Positions 50,481 through 60,017 of a DNA stretch of 64,000 bases are shown here, one piece after another. Made by a program: the position numbers and the translations under genes. The notes under the pieces are model-generated. The model was not told the DNA's origin. It saw only the letters and a list, made by a program, of their open reading frames with translations, and did no database searches. Source of the DNA: Candidatus Omnitrophota bacterium (GTDB taxonomy: Bacteria; Omnitrophota; Gorgyraeia; Aquiviventales; Aquiviventaceae). Position 1 is the first letter of the stretch, and each line of letters opens with the position of its first letter. The stretch is taken from positions 54,332-118,331 of the forward strand of contig JACPSR010000142.1 in NCBI GenBank assembly GCA_016193175.1, in the 5' to 3' direction.

Positions 50481-52480
50481 GGTCGGACGAACGTCGGAGC
50501 GACACCAGCGCGCCTGCCATGACGACGCGGATTTTGGGAATTTCCGCCTACTATCACGATGCGGCCGCGTGCCTGCTGGTCGACGGGGAGATTGTCGCTG
50601 CCGCGCAGGAGGAGCGCTTTACGCGCAAGAAGCACGATGAGCGGTTTCCGTCGAACGCGATCAGGTACTGTCTTCAGGCAGGCAGAATTCCCATCGAGGC
50701 GGTCGATCTCGTCGGCTTCTATGAGAAGCCCATTGTGAAATTCGAGCGGCTCATTGAAACCTACTTGGCCGACGCCCCGCGGGGTCTGCGCTCGTTTTTG
50801 ATGGCGATGTCAACGTGGTTGGGGGAAAAACTGTGGTTGGCGGACACGATCCAACGGGAGCTGGGCTGGAGGCGTCCCGTGTTGTTTGGTGATCACCACG
50901 AATCCCATGCGGCCTCGGCCTTTTACCCCTCACCGTTTGAGGAGGCGGCGGTCCTCACGATGGATGCCGTTGGGGAATGGGCCACGGCCTCGTATGGCTA
51001 CGGGAAGGGCAACGAGCTGGTCCTGTTGAAGGAGATGCGATTCCCCCACTCCTTGGGATTGTTGTACTCGGCGTTCACCTATTTCTGCGGGTTCAAGGTC
51101 AACTCGGGCGAATACAAGTTGATGGGTCTGGCCCCCTACGGCGAGCCTCGGTATGTCGAGGCCATTCGGGATCACCTCGTGGACATTCGCGAGGACGGCA
51201 GTCTGTGGCTCAACCTTGAGTCCTTCAACTACTGCACCGGTCTGACGATGACCTCCCCCGCCTTTGCGCGGCTCTTCGGGGGACCTCCGCGTAAGCCTGA
51301 CGACGCCATCACGCAGCGAGAGATGGATCTCGCTCGCTCGATTCAGGAGATTACCGAGGAGATCATGCTCCGTATGGCCTGCCATGTCTATCGAGAAACA
51401 CGGCTGCCCTATCTGTGCCTCGCGGGCGGGGTGGCGTTGAACTGTGTCGGCAATGGCCGGATCTTGCGGGAGGGTCCGTTCAAGGAGCTTTGGGTGCAGC
51501 CGGCTGCGGGTGATGCCGGGGGCGCGTTGGGTGTGGCCATGGCGCTGTGGCATCGGTATCTGGGGAAGCCTCGGCTCAGCCCGGAGCGCGAGGGCACGTG
51601 GCATCCTGCCATGAAGGGGAAGGGGCGCGGGGCGCCGGTTGCTCTCGCCGTCGGTGCGGGTCTGCAGCGTGGCGAGGGTGCCACGTTGGCGTCGGCGCAT
51701 GAATCCAACGACCTGCCCGTGTACACGGATCGGATGAAGAGTGCGCTGTTGGGCCCGGCGTTCTCCGAGGAGGAGATTGGTGCGTGGCTGGCAAAGCAAG
51801 GCTACCCTGCGCAGCGCCTCGAGCGCGAGGCGCTGGTTGAGCGCGTGGCGGAGCTGTTGGCTAAGGGTGAGGTCATTGGGCTGTTCCAGTCTCGCATGGA
51901 GTTTGGGCCACGGGCGCTCGGCGCGCGATCCATCATCGGGGATGCCCGTTCGCCCCAGATGCAGTCGCTCATGAACCTGAAGATCAAATTCCGGGAATCC
52001 TTCCGGCCATTTGCGCCCTCCGTCCTGCGGGAACATGTCGGGGACTGGTTTGCATTTGACGGGGAGAGTCCGTACATGCTGCTCGTGTGTGATGTCGCGG
52101 TCCATCGGCGGCTGCCGCTGGCGCCAGCCGATGCGGCGCGCCTAGGCCTGGAGAAACTCCAAGTTCCCCGCTCGGAGATTCCGGCGGTGACCCATGTCGA
52201 TCACTCGGCGAGGATCCAGACCGTGCGGCGGAAGCACAACCCGCTGTTCTACGACATCCTGCGCGCCTTCTATGAGCGGACCGGCTGCCCCGTCATCATC
52301 AATACCTCGTTCAACGTCCGTGGGGAGCCGATCGTCTGCACGCCGGATGACGCCTATCGATGCTTCATGCGCACCCAGATTGACGCGCTCGTGTTGGAGT
52401 GTTTTGTCCTCGAGAAGGGTGAGCAGGTCCCGACCGGGGAGCCACAGGAAGTCTGGCAATGGGAGATCCCGCCCGATTGA
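50477..52480 (+). CDS. NodU/CmcH-family carbamoyltransferase
   Basis: ILGISAYYHDAAACLLVDGEIVAAAQEERFTRKKHD N-terminus and a C-terminal carbamoyltransferase domain (NTSFNVRGEPIVCTP). The 50477 start gives an ATGA overlap; 50519 is an alternative. Confidence 0.85.
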   Translation: MRSDERRSDTSAPAMTTRILGISAYYHDAAACLLVDGEIVAAAQEERFTRKKHDERFPSNAIRYCLQAGRIPIEAVDLVGFYEKPIVKFERLIETYLADAPRGLRSFLMAMSTWLGEKLWLADTIQRELGWRRPVLFGDHHESHAASAFYPSPFEEAAVLTMDAVGEWATASYGYGKGNELVLLKEMRFPHSLGLLYSAFTYFCGFKVNSGEYKLMGLAPYGEPRYVEAIRDHLVDIREDGSLWLNLESFNYCTGLTMTSPAFARLFGGPPRKPDDAITQREMDLARSIQEITEEIMLRMACHVYRETRLPYLCLAGGVALNCVGNGRILREGPFKELWVQPAAGDAGGALGVAMALWHRYLGKPRLSPEREGTWHPAMKGKGRGAPVALAVGAGLQRGEGATLASAHESNDLPVYTDRMKSALLGPAFSEEEIGAWLAKQGYPAQRLEREALVERVAELLAKGEVIGLFQSRMEFGPRALGARSIIGDARSPQMQSLMNLKIKFRESFRPFAPSVLREHVGDWFAFDGESPYMLLVCDVAVHRRLPLAPADAARLGLEKLQVPRSEIPAVTHVDHSARIQTVRRKHNPLFYDILRAFYERTGCPVIINTSFNVRGEPIVCTPDDAYRCFMRTQIDALVLECFVLEKGEQVPTGEPQEVWQWEIPPD

Positions 52481-52529
52481 CGGCGAACACTATGGCACAG
52501 GGACAGTCCTGAAGAGAAAGGTGGAAGCC

Positions 52530-53288
52530 ATGAGAACCTTAACCGGGATCTTTTTGGACACCGGAAGTCTGGAAGAGATTCGGAAGTACCATGCGTTGGG
52601 GATCATCCGGGGTGTGACGACCAACCCGACGATCCTGGCGAAAGAGGGACTGAGGGGAGGATGGTTGGGGATTGAGGAGCGCTGCCGGCAGATCGCGCAG
52701 CTCGTCAGCCCGCTGCCCGTCTCGGTGGAAGTCACCACGAACGACCCAGAAGGGATGCTCGAGCAGGCCCAGAGGTTTGTCAGCTGGGCGCCCAACATCA
52801 ACGTCAAGATTCCGATTCACGACGTGGAGGGCGGCACGGAGAACTTGCGGCTCGTGCATGAGCTGGAGACGCAACACGACATTCGCGTCAACGTGACCGC
52901 CATGATGAGCGCGCAGCAGTGTCTGCTGGCGGCGATGGCGGGTGCGACCTATGTCTCCTTGTTCGGGGGGCGGGTCAACAACATGGGCTACAACGCGTGC
53001 CAGGAGATCCGGCGCCTCCGGGGTTTGTTGGATGCCTTTGGCAGCCCCGCCAAGATGATCGTCGGATCCACCCGCGAGGTCCTGAACATCGTGGAGTGGT
53101 TTGAAGCGGGCGCGGATATTGTTACGACGGTCCCGCCGTTGCTGGAAGGGATGCTTGTGCATCCCTACAGCAAGGAGACGGTCCAGCAGTTCCTCCGGGA
53201 CGCCGCGAAGCTGGAGCAGGTTGACGAGCGTCGACAGCCGGAGCGTATCTCGAAACCGGGTCCTCGTGTTGCGCGCGTGTTGGCCTGA
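52530..53288 (+). CDS. Transaldolase family protein (fructose-6-phosphate aldolase/TalC-like)
   Basis: IFLDTGSLEEIRKYHALGIIRGVTTNPTIL and Schiff-base lysine context NINVKIP. GAAAGGTGGA precedes the ATG, RBS-like. Confidence 0.85.
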   Translation: MRTLTGIFLDTGSLEEIRKYHALGIIRGVTTNPTILAKEGLRGGWLGIEERCRQIAQLVSPLPVSVEVTTNDPEGMLEQAQRFVSWAPNINVKIPIHDVEGGTENLRLVHELETQHDIRVNVTAMMSAQQCLLAAMAGATYVSLFGGRVNNMGYNACQEIRRLRGLLDAFGSPAKMIVGSTREVLNIVEWFEAGADIVTTVPPLLEGMLVHPYSKETVQQFLRDAAKLEQVDERRQPERISKPGPRVARVLA

Positions 53289-53300
53289 CGGGGTGATGGG

Positions 53301-54242
53301 ATGAGCCAGTGGTACGACGATTGGCAGCACCAGCGGCATGCGGAGGCGTTCGATGGACGCTGGCAGCTCGATCGTCGCAACCTGATCCGCAACCAGGAAG
53401 GCTTCAACGACGTCCGGCTGCTGAATGAACGGATTGACCAGGATCGTTCGCTCCAGCTACTGGAAGTCGGATGCGCCACCGGAGAGTTCTACCGCTACTT
53501 GCGCAGTCGCTATCCCTACACGCGCTACTACGGTCTGGACGTCTCCGGTCCGGCCATCGCGCGAGCCAAACAGAAGTACGCCGAGGGGACATTCATCATG
53601 GGCGAGCCCGCCGCCTCCATCAGCGCGACCCTCCGACTCCATGGCCTGCCGGAGCATCCGCATCTCGTGTACGCCAAGGACGTCATCCAGCACCAGACCG
53701 AGCCTCTCGCCTTCCTCTCGGAGCTCATCAGAATCGCAGAGGAGACGGTGATCGTCCGATGCCGCACGCGGGATGTCGGCCACACGGAGTGGGATCCAGA
53801 ACGCTCCTGCCAGTACCATTACGAAGGCTGGATGCCATTCATCGTGCTCAATCTTCAGGAGCTCATTGACGCTGCGATGGCCGAGGCGCTCAGAGCAGAA
53901 GTGGTCGTCTATCGAAGCCATATCGTCCTCGGCGGAACGCACAACCGGTTTGTGCCCAAGGAGCTGTTTGTGGCCTCGACAGGAACCGCGGAGACAGCCC
54001 TTGGCGTGTTCAAGCGCACAGCGCATTCTGGGCGAGTGACGATTGCGGATCGTTTGGATCAGAATCCGAGGTATACCTGGGACTACGTGCTGAAGCACGC
54101 AGCGCGACAGGCCTGGGATGCCTTACGAGTGTGCAGGGTGCGCGACGCGGGGCCGCCTGTCGTGGCGCAGTTCCAATGGAGCCGTTCGAGCGGACTGATG
54201 CAGCACGACCAAGGGCGATCAGTCGAAGAGGCCAGAAGCTGA
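53301..54242 (+). CDS. Class I SAM-dependent methyltransferase
   Basis: LLEVGCATGEFYRYL and YYGLDVSGPAIARAK motifs. Confidence 0.7.
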   Translation: MSQWYDDWQHQRHAEAFDGRWQLDRRNLIRNQEGFNDVRLLNERIDQDRSLQLLEVGCATGEFYRYLRSRYPYTRYYGLDVSGPAIARAKQKYAEGTFIMGEPAASISATLRLHGLPEHPHLVYAKDVIQHQTEPLAFLSELIRIAEETVIVRCRTRDVGHTEWDPERSCQYHYEGWMPFIVLNLQELIDAAMAEALRAEVVVYRSHIVLGGTHNRFVPKELFVASTGTAETALGVFKRTAHSGRVTIADRLDQNPRYTWDYVLKHAARQAWDALRVCRVRDAGPPVVAQFQWSRSSGLMQHDQGRSVEEARS

Positions 54243-54243
54243 C

Positions 54244-55941
54244 ATGTGGCTCTTCATGATCCTCTGCAGCCTCCTGTATACGGTGACGCGCTTCACCGGG
54301 CTGGAATACCTGTCGCTGTACTCTGGCGGTGCGTTTCAGGTCCTGCATCCGGAGAGCTTTCCTGTCGATCGCTACATGCCGCCGTTTCGGGCCACGCTGC
54401 TCTCGCTCTATTATGTCGTCGTGCGGTTGGTGGGCGACCTCTGGCTGGACGATCGCTTTACGATTGTGGTGTACGGCGGGCTCGTCCTCATGGCCGTCGT
54501 GGTCTTGGACAAGACGGCACGGCTCTTCGGCGCAGACCGTCCCGCAGCACGTGTTGCGATGCTCTCCCTGATGCTGACGATTGGCAACGGCTTTAAACGC
54601 ACGCAGTTTGTGAGCGCGTTGGAGTTTAACCCCACGACCATGGCAGGACCCGTGGCGTACTGGTTGTTCTACCTGGTGCTTGCCGGAAAGCGCCCAGCCC
54701 TCATTTTCGCTGTCATGGCCCTTCTGGCGTCCATCTCCATCAAGAACGCATGGTTGCCAATCCTGATTGGCCTGGCGATCCTGTTCAAGGAACGCTTGAC
54801 ACCCCGCGGCAAATGGCGTGTGGGGTTGAGCGTCCTGGGACTGATCGCGGCGGCCCTTGGGGTGTATTACGCGGTGGTCAGGCTGCAGAATCCAAACCAG
54901 GTGGCCCTGTTCGACTTCATCCTGGAGGAGATGGAACGAGAAGAAGCCAACCCCTTCTGGGACGCCTGGTGGAGTAACCTGGCGTTTCTGGTGGTGTGCG
55001 CCGGAGCCTGGTGGGTCAGGCTTCCTTCCGTCGTGCTTGAACAACGGGTGAAGATGACCGCTGTCGTTGGGGCTACCGTCTGGTTGCTTGGTGGGGTGTA
55101 CCTGTCCTACACGCCGGACATGCTCAAGATCCCCTACGTGGTCCCCTTTGATGTCGAGAGGGCCCTGGTGTGGCCGCAGTATGTCCTCCTCGTCGCGATC
55201 GCGGCCTCGGTGTTGAGGCGTCTCGACTCGGCCTCCTCATGGAGAGGTGTCTGGGTTTGCATCGCGGTGCTGTTGGCGATCTATCTGACGCCATTCCACC
55301 TGAAGCGGGCCAGCACGGTCGTCGTCCTCTTGGGGCTGATGTGGCTGTGGCGGTACGTGTCTGAACGGCGGCGGGCGATCGATCCGTCCTGGCGGCTGCG
55401 GATCGTCGCTGGCGCGCTCTGCGCCACGACGTTGTCCACATTGGTCTCGTGGACGGTCCATCGGATGCCAGCCCTTCAGTTTTTGGCTGAGCATGGCATC
55501 ATGGGGGACAACCCGGGAGCCAAGTGGGTGGGAATCAACGAGTACATCCGGGAAAGGACACCCCCCAACTCGCTGGTCCTCGCCTTCTCGATGGGGGACT
55601 ATCCATGGCGGCGTCCTCAACGACTCACGCTCGAGACGTCCTTGCGCACGCGGACCGGTCGGTCTATGCCATTTGGATCTCCCGTGGTGTTCGTGTTCGA
55701 TTACCTCTCCATTGGCTGGTCCGTCCACGAACGTGGGCCACATCATGACCGGCTCATCGACGCATGGGAACGGCACGACGTGACTGGCGTCACGGCGAGC
55801 CTGAACGCCATTGGAGCGCCTGACTATCTGGTGGTCCCGACGACGAAGGCACAGTGGCTTCAAGACCGCTCGAGCTTTCCCTACCGGATCGAGACGGTCA
55901 TTCGCGAATTCACGATCCTGCGAAAGGCCATCTCTGCGTGA
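54244..55941 (+). CDS. Polytopic membrane protein with C-terminal soluble domain (GT-C or polymerase candidate)
   Basis: 565 aa, about 10 or more hydrophobic helices followed by a ~150-aa hydrophilic C-terminus. Confidence 0.55.
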   Translation: MWLFMILCSLLYTVTRFTGLEYLSLYSGGAFQVLHPESFPVDRYMPPFRATLLSLYYVVVRLVGDLWLDDRFTIVVYGGLVLMAVVVLDKTARLFGADRPAARVAMLSLMLTIGNGFKRTQFVSALEFNPTTMAGPVAYWLFYLVLAGKRPALIFAVMALLASISIKNAWLPILIGLAILFKERLTPRGKWRVGLSVLGLIAAALGVYYAVVRLQNPNQVALFDFILEEMEREEANPFWDAWWSNLAFLVVCAGAWWVRLPSVVLEQRVKMTAVVGATVWLLGGVYLSYTPDMLKIPYVVPFDVERALVWPQYVLLVAIAASVLRRLDSASSWRGVWVCIAVLLAIYLTPFHLKRASTVVVLLGLMWLWRYVSERRRAIDPSWRLRIVAGALCATTLSTLVSWTVHRMPALQFLAEHGIMGDNPGAKWVGINEYIRERTPPNSLVLAFSMGDYPWRRPQRLTLETSLRTRTGRSMPFGSPVVFVFDYLSIGWSVHERGPHHDRLIDAWERHDVTGVTASLNAIGAPDYLVVPTTKAQWLQDRSSFPYRIETVIREFTILRKAISA

Positions 55942-56780
55942 TGGTGAACGAGCGTGTTCAGGTGAAACGAGAAAAGCGGATGGATGTGGCAGATCCCCTG
56001 GCTGTGGCGGAACGGTTGCGTCGCCGCTTGAAGCAGCGGGCGCTCACCTTCGGGGCGTGGATCTCGATCGGGCATCCGGAGATCGCCAGCATCTTCGCCG
56101 GCGCGCGGGGGGACTTCGTGGGGTTCGACCTGGAGCATACGACGATCGATTTTGCGACAGCCCAGCAGATCATCCGGGCCTGCCACGAGTTTGGCCGCGC
56201 GTGCCTGCCACGCATTGGCCCGGGGAATCTGGAGCAGCTCAGTCGCCTGCTCGATGCCGGGGCCGACGGCGTGGTCGTCCCGCAGGTGCAGGGTCGTGAT
56301 GACATCGAGCGCGTCGTCGATGCGCTGCGGTACCCGCCGGCGGGCCGGCGTAGCTTCGGGGTCGCCGCGGCCCATCAGTACGGGCGCGCGTTTGACGCGT
56401 ATGTGCGGTCGGCGAACGCCTCCCTGTCGCTCATCGTGCAGGTCGAAACGATTGGGGCGGTGGAGCAGGTCAAGCCGATTGTGGCGCATCCGGATGTGGA
56501 TGGCGTGATGGTCGGACCCTATGACCTTTCTGGGTCCCTTGGCATTCCAGGGAAGCTGTCCGATCCCCGCGTCACCGAGGCAGCCGGGCGCGTGGTGACG
56601 GCGTGCGCCTCGGCCGGCAAGAGTTGCGGCACGCACCTCGTGCGCCCAAGCCTTGAGGGGATCCGGCGGCATCTCGCCGACGGGTTCACGTTTCTCGTCC
56701 TGGGCTCCGATGTCTTCAACCTGGCGCAGCGAAGCGAAGAGCTCGATGCGATGATCGAGGCGTGCCATGCCGACCGTTGA
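55941..56780 (+). CDS. HpcH/HpaI-family class II (pyruvate-dependent) aldolase
   Basis: TFGAWISIGHPEIASIFAGARGDFVGFDLEHT and VQVETIGAVEQV blocks are typical of 2-keto-3-deoxy-acid aldolases. Confidence 0.8.
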   Translation: MVNERVQVKREKRMDVADPLAVAERLRRRLKQRALTFGAWISIGHPEIASIFAGARGDFVGFDLEHTTIDFATAQQIIRACHEFGRACLPRIGPGNLEQLSRLLDAGADGVVVPQVQGRDDIERVVDALRYPPAGRRSFGVAAAHQYGRAFDAYVRSANASLSLIVQVETIGAVEQVKPIVAHPDVDGVMVGPYDLSGSLGIPGKLSDPRVTEAAGRVVTACASAGKSCGTHLVRPSLEGIRRHLADGFTFLVLGSDVFNLAQRSEELDAMIEACHADR

Positions 56781-57531
56781 GGAACGCTTCAATCTGCGCG
56801 GAAAAGTCGCCGCGATCATTGGGGGCGCGGGGTACCTGTGTTCCACGCTGGCGGAGGCGATGGCGGAAGCCGGCATATCGGTCTTCATCCTCGACGTGGC
56901 TGAGCCGGTGCGGGGCAACCCGGTACCGACGGGTACCATGCTGCCGTGCCTTCGCTGCGATGTCACCTCGAAGGATGATCTCATTCGCTGTCGGGACCAG
57001 ATTCAGCGAGAGCACGGCCGGATCGATATCCTGCTCAACGGCGCCGGGACAAACGCCCCCACCCCATTCTTCGACATCTCGCTCGAGGAATTCGACCGCA
57101 TCATGCGAGTGAACCTGCTGGGAACCCTCCTAAGTTGCCAAGTGTTCGGCGAAGTTATGGTGCGCCAGCGTGCGGGGAGCATCATCAATTTCACCTCTGT
57201 ATCCAAAGACCCCCCCCTTTCGAAAGCGTTCGTCTACTCCACGGCCAAGGCGGGCGTGGCCAATCTGACGCAGAACCTGGCGCGGGAGTGGGCGCCGTTC
57301 AACGTGCGGGTGAACGCGCTGCGGCCAGGGTTCTTCCCAACCGCCTGGAGCATGCGGCACTTCATTGACGAGCCGCGCAAGGCCGCCATCCTGAACCACA
57401 CTCCCATGGGTCGGTTTGGTCAGCCCGAGGAGCTCATCGGCGCGGTGCTGTGGCTGGCCTCCGATGCGGCCAGCTTCGTGACTGGTTCCATCGTGACGGT
57501 GGATGGCGGTTTCACGGCGATGACCATTTAA
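56767..57531 (+). CDS. Short-chain dehydrogenase/reductase
   Basis: AAIIGGAGYLCSTLA, YSTAKAG catalytic motif and C-terminal VTGSIVTVDGGFTA. Confidence 0.85.
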   Translation: MPTVEERFNLRGKVAAIIGGAGYLCSTLAEAMAEAGISVFILDVAEPVRGNPVPTGTMLPCLRCDVTSKDDLIRCRDQIQREHGRIDILLNGAGTNAPTPFFDISLEEFDRIMRVNLLGTLLSCQVFGEVMVRQRAGSIINFTSVSKDPPLSKAFVYSTAKAGVANLTQNLAREWAPFNVRVNALRPGFFPTAWSMRHFIDEPRKAAILNHTPMGRFGQPEELIGAVLWLASDAASFVTGSIVTVDGGFTAMTI

Positions 57532-58289
57532 TGAGCTTGCGACGTCAGGGTCGTGTCGTGGCGATCACGGGAGGCACACGGGGGATTGGTCGCTCGGTCG
57601 CAGAGCTGTTCCATGACCGTGGTGAAGCCGTTGCGGTCTGCGGCCGTTCAGACCCAGAGCCTGCGCTGCCACCCGAGATTCTGTTCGGCCGTGTCGACGT
57701 GCGCGATCGCGAGGCTCTGGACGGTTTCGTTGGGAAGGTTGTGGAGCAGTGGGGAGCGCCGAATGTGTTCGTCAATTGTGCCGGCGTCTCGCGGTGGCGG
57801 GCCGTTGAGGAGATCGATGAGGCCTTTGTGCGGGAGGTGCTGGACACGATTGTCCGTGGGACGCTGTGGGGATGTGCGGCGGCTGCGAAGGTGATGACAG
57901 AGGGCGGCTGCATCGTGAATATCTCGAGCCTCGCTGGCAAGCGAGGCAGCGCGAATAACAGCGTCTACTGCGCCGCCAAGTTCGCGGTCAACGGCATCAC
58001 CCAGGCGTTGGCGAAGGAGCTCGGTCCGAGGGGCATTCGCGTCAATGCGGTGTGTCCGGCCTATGTGCCGACACCTCAGGTCCTTGCCGCGTTAGCGGAG
58101 CCGGTCTCGCCAGCCCGTGGTCAAGATGTGGAGCAGTACCTGGAGCAATTTGCGGCGACGCAGACTGCGCTGGGGCGGCTCTCCGACGCGCACGAGATCG
58201 CCGAGGCCGTGTACTTCCTGGCCAGTCCAGCAGCGTCTGCGATCACCGGACAGTGTCTCAATGTGGACTGCGGAACGCTCCCTCAGTGA
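57531..58289 (+). CDS. Short-chain dehydrogenase/reductase
   Basis: VAITGGTRGIGRSV, YCAAKFA catalytic motif and ITGQCLNVDCG. TAATG junction. Confidence 0.85.
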   Translation: MSLRRQGRVVAITGGTRGIGRSVAELFHDRGEAVAVCGRSDPEPALPPEILFGRVDVRDREALDGFVGKVVEQWGAPNVFVNCAGVSRWRAVEEIDEAFVREVLDTIVRGTLWGCAAAAKVMTEGGCIVNISSLAGKRGSANNSVYCAAKFAVNGITQALAKELGPRGIRVNAVCPAYVPTPQVLAALAEPVSPARGQDVEQYLEQFAATQTALGRLSDAHEIAEAVYFLASPAASAITGQCLNVDCGTLPQ

Positions 58290-58299
58290 GACGCCACGC

Positions 58300-59076
58300 A
58301 TGCCGGTGCGGGTAGCGGCGGTCATCCCTGCGCGGATGGCCTCACACCGGTTTCCGGGCAAGCCGCTGCTTTCGATCAGAGGGCTGCCCCTCGTGGAGCA
58401 TGTGCGACGGCGGGCGACTTTGTGCGGCCGGTTCTCAGAGGTCGTCGTGGCGACGTGTGATCCGGAGATCGCCCAAGTGGTTGAGGGCTATGGTGGGCGG
58501 TGCCTGATGACCTCCTCAGCGCATCCGGCCGCGACCGATCGAGTCGCTGAGGCGGCCCGTCAGTTGGACTGCACCCATGTGGTCAACGTGCAGGGGGATG
58601 AAGTCTTGGTGCTGGCGAGCGACTTGGCACGGATGGTCCGCGCTATTGAGACAGAGCCTGAGGTACCAGCCTGGAATGCAGTGACGACCATTGAGCAAGC
58701 CAGCGAGCTGAGTGATTCGGCCATCGTCAAGTGCGTCGTCTCCATGTCTGGACGGATCCTCTATTGCTTGCGCGACGGTTCATCGCTGGCGATGAAGCTG
58801 GGTCCGGCGTATGAGCCCATTCGGACGGTCGTGGGAATCCTCGGCTATACCCGAACCTTCTTGGAGCAGTACACCGTCCTGGCGCGCACCCCGCTTGAAG
58901 TAGCCGAGGGGATCGACCAATCCCGCATCCTGGAGCATGACATCCTGTTGCGGGCGGTCGAGTTTAGCAGGGGCTATCCTGCCATCAACGAGCCGCGCGA
59001 GGTAGAGCTGGTGCGGCAGTATCTTGCCGAAGATCCGGTGCAACAGGCCGTGCTCGATCAGGTGCTCCAGCGATGA
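58300..59076 (+). CDS. KdsB-family 3-deoxy-ulosonate cytidylyltransferase
   Basis: VAAVIPARMASHRFPGKPLLSIRGLPLVEHV and VVNVQGDE motifs of the CMP-Kdo synthetase family. Confidence 0.8.
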   Translation: MPVRVAAVIPARMASHRFPGKPLLSIRGLPLVEHVRRRATLCGRFSEVVVATCDPEIAQVVEGYGGRCLMTSSAHPAATDRVAEAARQLDCTHVVNVQGDEVLVLASDLARMVRAIETEPEVPAWNAVTTIEQASELSDSAIVKCVVSMSGRILYCLRDGSSLAMKLGPAYEPIRTVVGILGYTRTFLEQYTVLARTPLEVAEGIDQSRILEHDILLRAVEFSRGYPAINEPREVELVRQYLAEDPVQQAVLDQVLQR

Positions 59077-60017
59077 GCCGTGGGGTCGTGTACGTCGCGC
59101 TGCAGCAGTTCTGCGAGTTCGAGCCAGTCCCGAAGCAGCTCTTGCGCGAGGCCGGATGGGAGGTTCGGGTCAACGAGCTGGGTCGTCGCTTAACATCAGA
59201 GGACTTGATCCACGTACTTCGTGACGCCGAGGCGGTCGTGGCGGGTGTCGAGCCCTACGATGCCGCCGTCCTCGAGGCGCTGCCCCGCCTGCAATGCATC
59301 AGCCGATGCGGTGTGGGGACGGATGCCATCGATCTCGATGTGGCGCGTCGGAAAGGCATTGCCGTGTACACAACGCCTGACGAAGTCGTCGAGCCCGTCG
59401 CGCAGATGACAGTGGCCATGATCCTGGCCTTGGCGAGGAATCTACCCCAATACCTCGCAGCCAGCCGACAGGGCGCGTGGGTCAAGCGTCCCGGATGGCT
59501 GCTGTCTGAGTGGACGGTGGGCCTGGTAGGGTTTGGCCGGATTGGCAGGACGGTGGAACGGTATCTCCGTGTTTTTGGGCCACGTGTCCTCGTGTCAGAT
59601 CCATTCGTCGCGCCCCACGAGGTTCCGGAGACGGCCCACTGGTGTCCGCTTCCTCGGCTATTAGCTGAGGCTGATGTGGTGTCGCTCCACGCGAACCGTC
59701 CTCGACAAGAAGGTGTGCTGATGGGCCGCGCAGAGTTGGGGCAGATGAAGGCCGGCAGTCGACTCATCAACACCTCGCGGGGATACCTCGTTGATGAGCA
59801 GGCCCTCGAGGCGGCGCTCCGATCCGGGCATCTGGCGGCAGCCGCATTCGATGTGTTTGAGCAGGAACCTTATACAGGGCCGTTGACGAGGTTCCCACAC
59901 GTGCTCTGCACGCCGCATGTCGCCTCGCTGACGCGCGCCTCACGGGCTGCCATGGAGCGGCGGGCCGTCCAGCACCTCCTGGAGCACTTTACGCGGATGC
60001 CAGCGCCAAGCCGATGA
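59073..60017 (+). CDS. D-isomer-specific 2-hydroxyacid dehydrogenase (phosphoglycerate dehydrogenase-like)
   Basis: NAD site VGLVGFGRIGRTVERYL, NTSRG, and catalytic-region TPHVAS. Confidence 0.85.
   Translation: MSRGVVYVALQQFCEFEPVPKQLLREAGWEVRVNELGRRLTSEDLIHVLRDAEAVVAGVEPYDAAVLEALPRLQCISRCGVGTDAIDLDVARRKGIAVYTTPDEVVEPVAQMTVAMILALARNLPQYLAASRQGAWVKRPGWLLSEWTVGLVGFGRIGRTVERYLRVFGPRVLVSDPFVAPHEVPETAHWCPLPRLLAEADVVSLHANRPRQEGVLMGRAELGQMKAGSRLINTSRGYLVDEQALEAALRSGHLAAAAFDVFEQEPYTGPLTRFPHVLCTPHVASLTRASRAAMERRAVQHLLEHFTRMPAPSR

Noticed and set aside
52476-52529. Internal promoter in the 49-bp gap before the transaldolase-family gene (TTGACG at 52477-52482)
   Set aside because: No acceptable -10 hexamer lies at 16-18 bp spacing; TATGGC is only 8 nt away. 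This cannot be supported from sequence alone, and only the RBS-like GAAAGGTGGA is credible.
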